Shown here: piece after piece, positions 1 to 8,639 of the stretch
Layout of the letters: each line of letters begins with the position of its first letter
Numbering within the stretch: position 1 is the stretch's first letter
DNA from: an uncultured Phycisphaerales bacterium
Lineage (GTDB): Bacteria > Planctomycetota > Phycisphaerae > Sedimentisphaerales > Anaerobacaceae
Direction: 5' to 3'
DNA: 64,000 nt
NCBI GenBank assembly: GCA_963718665.1
Contig: OY970359.1
Span: forward strand, 1,344,001-1,408,000
The notes under the pieces: model-generated
Told to the model about the DNA's origin: nothing
The model's input: only the letters and a program-made list of their open reading frames with translations
The model's database searches: none
Translations under genes and position numbers: made by a program

Positions 1-78
1 CGGCGAACAGCCGGATATGACGTGCAGAATTCTTTCGCCCGGTTCAAGAAACGGCGCAAGGAAACTCAGTTTGGCTAA
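1..78 (+). CDS. 3' end of an unidentified CDS running in from the window edge (...RRTAGYDVQNSFARFKKRRKETQFG*)
   Basis: Frame 1 is open from base 1 to TAA at 76-78, then AT-rich intergenic DNA follows; too short to identify. Confidence 0.3.
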   Translation, partial: RRTAGYDVQNSFARFKKRRKETQFG

Positions 79-279
79 AAGTTTTCGCTGATGTTTTTCA
101 ATCCGTCGCCCGTAAACACCTTTATGGTCCGAAAATAAAACGGCTGTATCCACAGCAAGACCGTATAGTTTCTCCTTAGGAACCTTTCGGGTAAGATTTT
201 GAGCAATATCAATTGTCTGGGTAAACATTCTGTAACCCCTGATCGTTTGCCGCTATATCGACGAAAGGGGGATATGTAT

Positions 280-369
280 AATTGGTAATTGATGATTGAT
301 GATCTGAAAGCGACAACCGCAATCGATTTACCTGTGTATTTATCAATAATCAATCGTCGATAGTCAATT
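280..369. repeat. Imperfect inverted repeat built from 7-nt tandem units
   Basis: Left arm aattggt-aattgat-gattgat-gatctga (280-307); right arm atcaata-atcaatc-gtcgata-gtcaatt (342-369). Confidence 0.7.
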
Positions 370-400
370 AAGATATGGTTATTTTTGGACGGTGGTTAGT

Positions 401-850
401 ATGCGGGCTGTTATACAAAGGGTATCGAGTGCGACTGTCGAGGTGGACGGGAAAGTCGCAGGCCAAATCGGCAGGGGGCTGCTCGTGTATTTAGGCGTGG
501 GAAAACCCGACGGCCAAGCTGATGCTGAGTTTATGGCCGAAAAGATAATCAATCTGCGGATATTCGCGGACGATGCGGGTAAAATGAATCTCAGCATACA
601 GGAAATAAAAGGCCAGGTTCTATTGGTCAGCAATTTCACGCTTCAGGGCGATTGCCGCAAGGGTCGAAGGCCCGGATTTGACGGTGCCGCCGAACCGGCG
701 ATTGCCGAACAACTGTATGACAAAACGGCCAACCTGATTGCTGATAAGAGTTTGGGGGTCGCCAAAGGGGTTTTTGGCGCAAATATGCAGGTAAAGAGCA
801 TAAACGATGGCCCGGTAACTTTCATCCTGGATAGCACCCGTTTGTTTTAG
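401..850 (+). CDS. dtd: D-aminoacyl-tRNA deacylase
   Basis: MRAVIQRV start, SNFTL (SQFTL-type) motif, C-terminal NDGPVT motif. Confidence 0.95.
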   Translation: MRAVIQRVSSATVEVDGKVAGQIGRGLLVYLGVGKPDGQADAEFMAEKIINLRIFADDAGKMNLSIQEIKGQVLLVSNFTLQGDCRKGRRPGFDGAAEPAIAEQLYDKTANLIADKSLGVAKGVFGANMQVKSINDGPVTFILDSTRLF

Positions 851-1070
851 CAGGCGACAAAATCCTGACGAAAAACTCTTTTGGGCAAAGTAGGGGGGGT
901 ATTATTGTCGAAATAATTTGGGTTTGCCCGGCGGAATTTTAGTTGTGGAGCAGCGAAAGATTCATATAATCTTGCGCCCGACTCCAACGTAGGAATATCA
1001 GCGGAAAGGCCTTGGTCGGGTGAGCAACGCTGAGTTTGACTTATCATTGAAGAACGGACAGGTTAATAAA

Positions 1071-1628
1071 ATGGCAAAGCGAAAAACCAATAAGACAAAT
1101 AAAAGCAACAAGAACGGCCTGACGGCAGCGGAGATACAAAAATTCAGAGAACTGCTGCTCGCCAAGCGCGCTGAGCTGCTCGGCAACGTCTCCACTATGG
1201 AAGATGAAACTTTCAAAAAGGAGCGAAGCGAACTGTCGAGTATGCCTTTCCACATGGCCGACGCCGGCTCAGACAACTTCGAACAGGAATTCGCCCTGGA
1301 CCTGATGGACAGCGAAAAGAAGATGCTCAAGGAAATCAACGATGCGCTTGGCCGTATCGGCGAAGGGACATTCGGCGTTTGCGAAGGCAAGGGTGAGTCA
1401 ATTTCCAAGGCCCGGCTTAATGCCATACCCTGGGCGCGCTACTGCGTCGCCTGTGCGGAACTGAAAGAAAAAGGTCATCAGTTTGGCGGTGAAGCTGATG
1501 AAGCAGGCGAGATTCCGCCTTATGAAGCCGGCACCGAACCGGAATCCGACGAAGAAGAGGAAACCGAACCGGAAGTGGAACCTGACAGCAGCACAGAGTT
1601 CGAAGCTGAAAGCGACCACGAAGGGTAA
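1071..1628 (+). CDS. dksA: TraR/DksA family transcription factor with acidic C-terminal tail
   Basis: HMADAGSD coiled-coil tip; GTFGVCEGKG...RLNAIPWARYCVAC zinc-finger region. Confidence 0.8.
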   Translation: MAKRKTNKTNKSNKNGLTAAEIQKFRELLLAKRAELLGNVSTMEDETFKKERSELSSMPFHMADAGSDNFEQEFALDLMDSEKKMLKEINDALGRIGEGTFGVCEGKGESISKARLNAIPWARYCVACAELKEKGHQFGGEADEAGEIPPYEAGTEPESDEEEETEPEVEPDSSTEFEAESDHEG

Positions 1629-1701
1629 ACAATAACTGTCGGTAAACAGTCCCCTTAATACCCAATAAGTTCATATCTCCGTTTTGCCTGAGTCGTGCGA
1701 C

Positions 1702-2781
1702 TCAAACTTTTGCGGTCAGAGATTTTGGCTTGCCTTGTTTGGCCTCTATGGCCTTAATCTTTGTCTTGTGCGTCTTATCCCGCAGAACAGCCGTCGGCTC
1801 GCCGCCTATGGCCCGCAATTTGGCGTATCTGTTTTCCAGCAACGTTTCTATCTTTGTCCGCTTTAGAACAGCAAGTGTTCTTGTAATGTATTGTTCGACG
1901 TTATAAACAGTATCGTGGATATTTCTATGAGCTCCGCCCAATGGTTCGGCTATCGCTTCATCGACGAGCTTCAGCTTGAGCAAATCTTTGCTTGTCAGCT
2001 TAAGCGCTTCGGCCGCCTCGGGTGCCTGTGAGCCGTCACGCCACAAAATACCTGCACAGCCCTCAGGTGAAATCACCGAATAATACGCGAACTCCAGCAT
2101 CGCCAGCCGGTCTCCGACGCCTATGCCAAGCGCGCCGCCCGAACCGCCTTCGCCTATGCAGATACATATTACGGGCACCGGCAATCGGGACATCTCAAAC
2201 AAATTGACAGCTATCGCCTGTGCCTGGCCTCGTTCCTCGGCGCCGATTCCGGGATACGCGCCGGGAGTATCGATAAGCGTAACAATCGGTATGCCAAATT
2301 TCGCGGCGAATTTCATCTTGGCCATCGCCTTGCGATAACCTTCCGGGTTGGCGCAGCCAAAGTTGCACGCCATTTTTTCCTTCAGCCCGCGTCCCTTGTT
2401 TTGGCCCACAACAAGAACTTTTTCTCTGCCTATCTGACCGAACCCCGTAACTATCGCCCGGTCATCGCCGAAACACCTGTCACCGTGAAGCTCGCGGAAA
2501 TCCTTTACCATCAGATTCAGATAATCCGGCAGCAGGGGCCTTTTGGGATGTCGCGCCACCTGCACCGTCTGCCAGGCGTTGAGCTGCGAATAAATGCGCT
2601 TTAACTCCGCTACCTGGTCAAGCTGAAGCTGGCGAATCTCCACGGAGTAATCAATTCCCTTTATCGAGCTTAGGCGGCGCAGCTCCTCCATCTGGCTGTC
2701 GAAGTCCGCCACTTTCTGCTCAAAATCGAGGTAGTCGCCGCTACCGATTTTTCCCTGATTTTTATCTTTATCCGTTGTCAT
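1702..2781 (-). CDS. accA: Acetyl-CoA carboxylase carboxyltransferase alpha subunit
   Basis: VARHPKRP, PEGYRKA, IDTPGAYPG, GEGGSGGALGIG, YSVISPEGCAGILW. Confidence 0.95.
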   Translation of the reverse strand: MTTDKDKNQGKIGSGDYLDFEQKVADFDSQMEELRRLSSIKGIDYSVEIRQLQLDQVAELKRIYSQLNAWQTVQVARHPKRPLLPDYLNLMVKDFRELHGDRCFGDDRAIVTGFGQIGREKVLVVGQNKGRGLKEKMACNFGCANPEGYRKAMAKMKFAAKFGIPIVTLIDTPGAYPGIGAEERGQAQAIAVNLFEMSRLPVPVICICIGEGGSGGALGIGVGDRLAMLEFAYYSVISPEGCAGILWRDGSQAPEAAEALKLTSKDLLKLKLVDEAIAEPLGGAHRNIHDTVYNVEQYITRTLAVLKRTKIETLLENRYAKLRAIGGEPTAVLRDKTHKTKIKAIEAKQGKPKSLTAKV

Positions 2782-2902
2782 TCATTCTTAACCAATCGCC
2801 ATCCGTAAACAGGCGCACAGACAGCGCACTTGTTTATCTACCCAGTATTTATTGAACGGACAACCATATTAGCATTAACCCTGCCAAAATTAAAGAAAAA
2901 AA

Positions 2903-2931
2903 TTGACATTGCCTCTGGCTTGTTATAGCTT
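2903..2931 (+). promoter_or_regulatory. Putative sigma70 promoter for tyrA (TTGACA-N17-TAGCTT)
   Basis: Perfect -35 at 2903-2908, 17-nt spacer, partial -10 at 2926-2931. Confidence 0.5.
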
Positions 2932-2976
2932 TTATCGGCGACCTGTTTCGCGTCTATTTTCTGTAAGGTCTTGATT

Positions 2977-3849
2977 ATGCAGCACTTAAGAAAAATAACG
3001 GTAATTGGACTGGGTTTATTAGGTGGTTCCGTGGGCTTAGCCGTATCGCAATCGCTCTCCGGCGTGAAAACTGCGGGATTTTCCCACAGGGCAAGCACCC
3101 GCGCAAAGGCACGCCGGCTAAAGGTCGTCGATGAGGTCTTCGACGACATAAAAGCAAGCGTCAAAGATGCCGATTTAGTCATCCTCGCGACGCCTATAGG
3201 CAACTTTGAGGACACATTTTGCCAAATCGCCGATGCACTGCCCGCGGGCTGCATAGTCACCGACGTCGGCTCAACCAAACTAATGCCGCATCACTGGGCC
3301 GCCAAATGCCTGCCAAAAAATGTTCACTACGTTGGCTCGCATCCAATCGCCGGCTCCGAACAAAGGGGCGTCGAGTTTTGCAGAGATGACCTTTTCTATA
3401 AGGCGCTTTGCATTCTCACAACAACAAAGACCACAAACAAGCGCTCGCTGCAAATCGTGAAAGAGTTCTGGTCTGCGCTGGGTTGTTTCATTAAAATAAT
3501 GACACCCGCCCAGCACGACCGCATCTTCGCGGACGTCAGCCACCTGCCTCATATCACCGCAGCAGCGCTGGTCAACGCCAGTAACGCCGAAGAATTGAAA
3601 TTCGCGGGCAAGGGCTTTATGGATAGCTCGCGAATCGCATCAGGCCCCGCTAATATCTGGGCCGATGTCCTGCTGACCAACGCTCAAAATGCCGTTCGCG
3701 GAATTGACCACTTGACCGCCGAACTCACCAAACTCAAAAAAGCAATCCGCGCCGGCAACAGAAAAAAAATCGAAACCCTCCTCGATGCCGCAAGAGAAAA
3801 ACGTAGCTCGCTCGTAAAATACAAAATGAACAGAAAGGAACTGATCTGA
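2977..3849 (+). CDS. tyrA: Prephenate/arogenate dehydrogenase
   Basis: GLGLLGGS Rossmann motif, TDVGSTK, GSHPIAGSE, HD...VSHLPH. Confidence 0.92.
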   Translation: MQHLRKITVIGLGLLGGSVGLAVSQSLSGVKTAGFSHRASTRAKARRLKVVDEVFDDIKASVKDADLVILATPIGNFEDTFCQIADALPAGCIVTDVGSTKLMPHHWAAKCLPKNVHYVGSHPIAGSEQRGVEFCRDDLFYKALCILTTTKTTNKRSLQIVKEFWSALGCFIKIMTPAQHDRIFADVSHLPHITAAALVNASNAEELKFAGKGFMDSSRIASGPANIWADVLLTNAQNAVRGIDHLTAELTKLKKAIRAGNRKKIETLLDAAREKRSSLVKYKMNRKELI

Positions 3850-3856
3850 AAAGGCA

Positions 3857-5146
3857 ATGACCGATTTCCACGACAATATCTTCTATTACTATCGAGGCCC
3901 TGAACAATCACAACAGAAACAGATCAGTCGGCAGTTAGAGAACAACACCACTAAGGCGTTGGTCAACACACTTAAACATTGCGAATCTACCGTCGCAATA
4001 AAATTCTTAAAGTGGTTGGGGATTACAGCGACCGGGAAAGTCGAGACTGAATTACAGAAGACGACCATTGGCAAAGAAAGAATATATCGCGCATCGCAGC
4101 GATTATTGCTTGGCCTTAAAGCTACAGATTCTACCAGTACCAAATCGAAAGAATCTATAAGCGTAAATAGTTGCCCTGATGCTTGGCTCTATGGGAAGGA
4201 CTTTGTTGTTCTGATAGAAAGTAAAGTGGGGAATGATTCATTCAAATCAGACCAGATGCAAAATCACCTTGATAAATTAAAAGTGGACGCTCTGCAAGAA
4301 CCAAGATGTGAGGTGCGAAGATGGGGCCAGGTGCGTAAATTCTTTGTTACGATCTTACCTGAATTGAAGGATGAGAAGAATAAATTTATAGTGGAACAGC
4401 TTACACAATATTTGAGGTGGATAGATATGACCGAGTTCACTGGTTTTGAAGAGAATATATTTGAGTTTTTTGTTAGCAGCAAAAAAGATGAGTATTATAA
4501 AAAATTGGTACGTGACACAATGAAGTGTTTTGCCAAAAGGATTCTGGATGGCCCAACTGGGTTACACGCCTTCAAACCATCATTTTACGAAAAGGACAAG
4601 GATGAGGATAAGGTCGGATATTACCATCCTGAGTATAACCATTTTTGGGTTGCCTTTGGGCCTACAAACTTTAAAAAAATAGCTCATCAAACTATATCGC
4701 TCTCTGATTTTGGGCTTGAAGTTTTTGTCAATGTGGAACGAAAGTCTGCGGTTGATATGCTTAAAGAGAAAACTCGGTCTGATAAGAAAACATTCGCAAA
4801 AATTGTCGCAGATTTACCTGAACCCTTCAGTGTTAGGATAGAAGAACGCAAGAATAAACAAGCCAGTCTTCATGATTACTATCCCATTGTAACGCTGGAA
4901 GCGGGTACTTATCGACCACCCCATTCGGGACCCTATGGACTTAAAGACCCCAAGTCGAGTGGATTCGACTACATTGAGGGAATCTTGGAACAAATGCCAT
5001 CGCCGTATTTTTCTTTGAGGAAGCGCATTGATAGAAAACAGGTGCTGGATATGTCCAAAGGAAACGGAGATGCTTTGGTTGAAACAGTAGTATGCCTTAT
5101 GAAAGCGTTTCATCCGCTGGTGGAATTCATTAACAAGAAACAATAG
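3857..5146 (+). CDS. Hypothetical protein with PD-(D/E)XK-like nuclease motif (probably horizontally acquired)
   Basis: 429-aa ORF; PDAWLYGKDFVVLIESK...Q..NH motif; visibly more AT-rich than flanking tyrA/purL. Confidence 0.65.
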   Translation: MTDFHDNIFYYYRGPEQSQQKQISRQLENNTTKALVNTLKHCESTVAIKFLKWLGITATGKVETELQKTTIGKERIYRASQRLLLGLKATDSTSTKSKESISVNSCPDAWLYGKDFVVLIESKVGNDSFKSDQMQNHLDKLKVDALQEPRCEVRRWGQVRKFFVTILPELKDEKNKFIVEQLTQYLRWIDMTEFTGFEENIFEFFVSSKKDEYYKKLVRDTMKCFAKRILDGPTGLHAFKPSFYEKDKDEDKVGYYHPEYNHFWVAFGPTNFKKIAHQTISLSDFGLEVFVNVERKSAVDMLKEKTRSDKKTFAKIVADLPEPFSVRIEERKNKQASLHDYYPIVTLEAGTYRPPHSGPYGLKDPKSSGFDYIEGILEQMPSPYFSLRKRIDRKQVLDMSKGNGDALVETVVCLMKAFHPLVEFINKKQ

Positions 5147-5203
5147 TAATTGTAGGGCGGGGCTTACGCCGCCGAACAAAACTAATGTGATACTTTACGT
5201 TTC

Positions 5204-5232
5204 TTGACGCCCCAATCGCTTCGCCGTATAAT
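5204..5232 (+). promoter_or_regulatory. Sigma70 promoter for purL (TTGACG-N17-TATAAT)
   Basis: -35 at 5204-5209, perfect -10 at 5227-5232, 47 nt before the GTG start. Confidence 0.75.
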
Positions 5233-5279
5233 CCGCTGGACTTTCAAACCTTATCATTAAATTGTGAGGTAACATCACT

Positions 5280-8174
5280 GTGAAACAATGGCGATTTGAG
5301 GTGTGCAACAAGGCGGGTTTTCCTGATGTGCAGGGAGCCAGCGTTCTTACTGATATAAAAGAATTCGGTATAAACGCCGTTGAGGCGGTGCAGTTCGCCC
5401 GTGTTTACCTTATTGAGGCGGATTTCGAAAAGGATTTCGCCGACCGGCTTGCAAAAGAGCTTCTGGCAGACCCCGTTTGTGAAGAGTATTACATAGGCAG
5501 AAGCGGCGCGCCGGCGGGATTGGCAAAAGCAACTTTGATGGAAGTGCATCTCAAAAGCGGCGTTACTGACCCCGTGGCGGAATCCGTAACCAGCGCAATG
5601 AACGATATGGGTATAAAACCCGACAGCGTCCGCACCGCCAGAAAATACGTCCTTCTCGGAGAATTGAACGGCAAACAAATCGACACAATCGCCAGAAAAA
5701 TTTTGGCTAACGATTGTATCGAGGTCTGCGTTGTCGGCAACGATACCGAACCGCCAAGCCCACACATAAAACCTTATGAATTGAATCTCGTCCACCTTCC
5801 GATACGAGACCTTGATGAGCAGGGGCTTGTTAATCTCAGCAAAGAAAAAGACCTGTTCCTCAACGCGGTGGAAATGAAAACGATTCAGGATTACTTCAAA
5901 CGAATCGGCAGGGAGCCGACTGATATCGAGCTTGAAGCAGTCGCGCAAACCTGGAGCGAACACTGCGTCCACAAAACACTCAAAAGCAAAGTCGATATGG
6001 ACCTCGACGGCCAACACATCCAGTTCGACAACCTGCTCAAGCAAACTGTTTTTAAAGCCACAAAGGACTTGAACAAGCCCTGGTGCATAAGCGTCTTTGC
6101 CGATAACGCGGGCGTAATCGAATTCGACGATGAATCAGCGGTTTGCTTCAAAGTCGAAACACACAATCACCCATCCGCGCTCGACCCTTATGGCGGCGCG
6201 GCCACAGGCATAGGCGGCGTCATACGCGACCCGATGGGCACGGGAATGGGCGCAAGACCAATCGCCAACACGGATATTTTCTGTTTCGGCGACCCGAATA
6301 TGAAGCTCGAAGATGTCCCCAAGGGCGTCCTGCACCCCAGACGAATTATGAAGGGCGTCGTATCAGGCGTCCGCGATTATGGCAACAGGATGGGAATCCC
6401 CACCGTCAACGGCGCAATCTATTTCGACGACAGGTACATCGCAAACCCGCTCGTCTTCTGTGGCAACATAGGCATAATGGATAAAAATAAATGCTTCAAA
6501 CATCAGCAGGCAGGTAATCTCATTATCGTCGTCGGAGGCAGAACAGGCAGAGACGGAATCCACGGGGCGACGTTCTCATCGGGCGAAATGACCCACGAGC
6601 ACGAAACGATTTTCTCGCACGCCGTGCAAATCGGCAACGCCATCACAGAAAAGAAAATGTTGGATGTTCTTGTGCAAGCCAACGGACAGGGCTTGTATGA
6701 GGCAATCACCGACTGCGGTGCGGGCGGACTTTCCAGCGCGGTAGGCGAAATGGGTCAGGAGCTGGGCGCGGAAGTTGACCTCGACAAAGTCCCGCTTAAA
6801 TACGCGGGCCTCAATTATACCGAAATCTGGATTAGCGAAGCGCAGGAACGAATGGTCATCGCCGTAAAGCCGGAGAACCTCGACGCGATAATGAAAATCT
6901 TCGCAGGCGAAAACGTCGAGGCCACCGTAATCGGCACATTCACAGGCGATAAAAAATTGAAGCTCCGCTATAAAGGAACTCTTGTCGGCGAACTCGATAT
7001 GGAGTTCCTCCACGATGGTGTCCCCAAATATTCCAGAAAGGCCGTCTGGGCTTCTCGTTCATCATCGAGCATCGAGCATCGAGTATCGAGTATCGAAAAA
7101 GATAACTACAATGACGAACTATTGGCTATCCTGTCGAGTTACAACGTCGCGAGCAAAGAATGGGTAATTCGTCAGTATGACCACGAGGTGCAGGGCGCAT
7201 CGGTAGTCAAACCGTTGACAGGCGTTACCAACGACGGCCCCGCCGACGCAGCCGTCATAAGACCAAAATATAATTCCGACCGCGGCGTCGCGATAAGCTG
7301 CGGAATGAATCCATGCTATGGGGACATCGACCCGTATTGGATGGCTCTTTCCGGGATAGACGAAGCAATCAGGAATCTCGTCTGCGTCGGCGCAAAGACA
7401 GACCGCATCGCGCTGCTGGATAATTTCTGCTGGGGCGACTGCACAAAACCGGAAACGCTCGGCACATTAGTGCGCGCGGCCCAGGCCTGCTACGACGGAG
7501 CAATAGCATTCGATGCGCCGTTCATTTCAGGCAAGGATTCTCTCAACAATGAATTCAGACGCGACGACGGCACACGAATCTCGATTCCTTCGACGCTGCT
7601 GGTCAGCGCGATATCCTTAGTCGATGACGTCGGCAAGTGCGTAACAATGGACGTCAAAAAACCGGGTAATCTGCTTTTCATTGCGGGCGAGACGAAAAAT
7701 GAACTTGCCGGCTCACATTACGCATCGCTTAATAAAAACAATCAGGGCGAAGCGCCAAAGGTTGATCTGAAAATTGCGCCGAAGATAGCCCGCAAAGTCG
7801 CCGAGGCGATAGCAAAAGGACTGGTCGCCAGTTGCCATGACTGTTCGGAAGGGGGGCTGGCGGTTGCGCTTGCCGAAATGGCGTTTGCGGGCGGACTGGG
7901 TATCGAAGCCGACCTGCGGGGACTGCCAAAAACCAAAGATTGCAGCCAAACCAGCGCCCAGTTGTTCAGTGAGTCGAACTCGCGATACATCGTAGAGGTC
8001 GAGCCGGAAAATTATAACTCCTTTGCCAAACTGATGTTAAATCTGCCATTTGGCCAAATTGCAAAGGTAACTGACACTAAAAACTTAGTAATAAAGGACC
8101 TTAGAGGCCAAAAAATCATTAACGCCGAGATTAATTCGCTCAAACAGGCCTGGCAAAAAACTTTTGCATGGTGA
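5280..8174 (+). CDS. purL: Phosphoribosylformylglycinamidine synthase subunit PurL with N-terminal PurS-like domains
   Basis: WSEHCVHK, KVETHNHPSA, DCGAGGLSS, QYDHEV, HDCSEGGL; N-terminal GFPDVQG / GVTDPVA PurS-like repeats. Confidence 0.95.
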   Translation: MKQWRFEVCNKAGFPDVQGASVLTDIKEFGINAVEAVQFARVYLIEADFEKDFADRLAKELLADPVCEEYYIGRSGAPAGLAKATLMEVHLKSGVTDPVAESVTSAMNDMGIKPDSVRTARKYVLLGELNGKQIDTIARKILANDCIEVCVVGNDTEPPSPHIKPYELNLVHLPIRDLDEQGLVNLSKEKDLFLNAVEMKTIQDYFKRIGREPTDIELEAVAQTWSEHCVHKTLKSKVDMDLDGQHIQFDNLLKQTVFKATKDLNKPWCISVFADNAGVIEFDDESAVCFKVETHNHPSALDPYGGAATGIGGVIRDPMGTGMGARPIANTDIFCFGDPNMKLEDVPKGVLHPRRIMKGVVSGVRDYGNRMGIPTVNGAIYFDDRYIANPLVFCGNIGIMDKNKCFKHQQAGNLIIVVGGRTGRDGIHGATFSSGEMTHEHETIFSHAVQIGNAITEKKMLDVLVQANGQGLYEAITDCGAGGLSSAVGEMGQELGAEVDLDKVPLKYAGLNYTEIWISEAQERMVIAVKPENLDAIMKIFAGENVEATVIGTFTGDKKLKLRYKGTLVGELDMEFLHDGVPKYSRKAVWASRSSSSIEHRVSSIEKDNYNDELLAILSSYNVASKEWVIRQYDHEVQGASVVKPLTGVTNDGPADAAVIRPKYNSDRGVAISCGMNPCYGDIDPYWMALSGIDEAIRNLVCVGAKTDRIALLDNFCWGDCTKPETLGTLVRAAQACYDGAIAFDAPFISGKDSLNNEFRRDDGTRISIPSTLLVSAISLVDDVGKCVTMDVKKPGNLLFIAGETKNELAGSHYASLNKNNQGEAPKVDLKIAPKIARKVAEAIAKGLVASCHDCSEGGLAVALAEMAFAGGLGIEADLRGLPKTKDCSQTSAQLFSESNSRYIVEVEPENYNSFAKLMLNLPFGQIAKVTDTKNLVIKDLRGQKIINAEINSLKQAWQKTFAW
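7064..7098 (+). repeat. 7-nt tandem repeat (atcgagY x4 + atcgaaa) inside purL
   Basis: atcgagc atcgagc atcgagt atcgagt atcgaaa, translated within SSIEHRVSSIE. Confidence 0.85.
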
Positions 8175-8243
8175 GCACATAAAACCATTAAATTTGATAA
8201 TTTTTTCGCTCTCGAAAATTTTTTTGTCCTGCCATTTCTCTCC

Positions 8244-8272
8244 TTGACGCAATTGCCCATTTTATCTATATT
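8244..8272 (+). promoter_or_regulatory. Putative sigma70 promoter of the EPS/exosortase operon (TTGACG-N17-TATATT)
   Basis: -35 at 8244-8249, -10 at 8267-8272; implies a 5' leader of about 360 nt. Confidence 0.55.
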
Positions 8273-8639
8273 ACCAAACCCCTTGTTATGGGACGCACCA
8301 AATGATAAAACAACAACGAACAAATGCCCGCTTTTAAGAGTAGATAGGGGTATTGTTCGATAGGTCCCGGTAAATCGGGGTTTGTAGTGTCAGGGAGGTC
8401 ATCTCGAGGCGAGATGAGCACACGCAACGCTTTGCTTTTGCCTCGGAACATTCAGGCAAAATATACGCGTAACTCTTTTCAATATAATAAGTTAGGTCTA
8501 TATATTGCTTTTTGCGGGCTTTGGTGTGCGTAGCTATTTTGAGGAGCGGTTTTTTAAGCCAAAATCGAAGCTATTCACACTTAGAATCTGGGCAAGACAG
8601 GTAAAGCTGTGTATGCCCTAAGCCGATAAATTTAAACAT

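Noticed and set aside
8273..8639. ops/JUMPstart element in the EPS leader
   Set aside because: No GGCGGTAG-type motif found.
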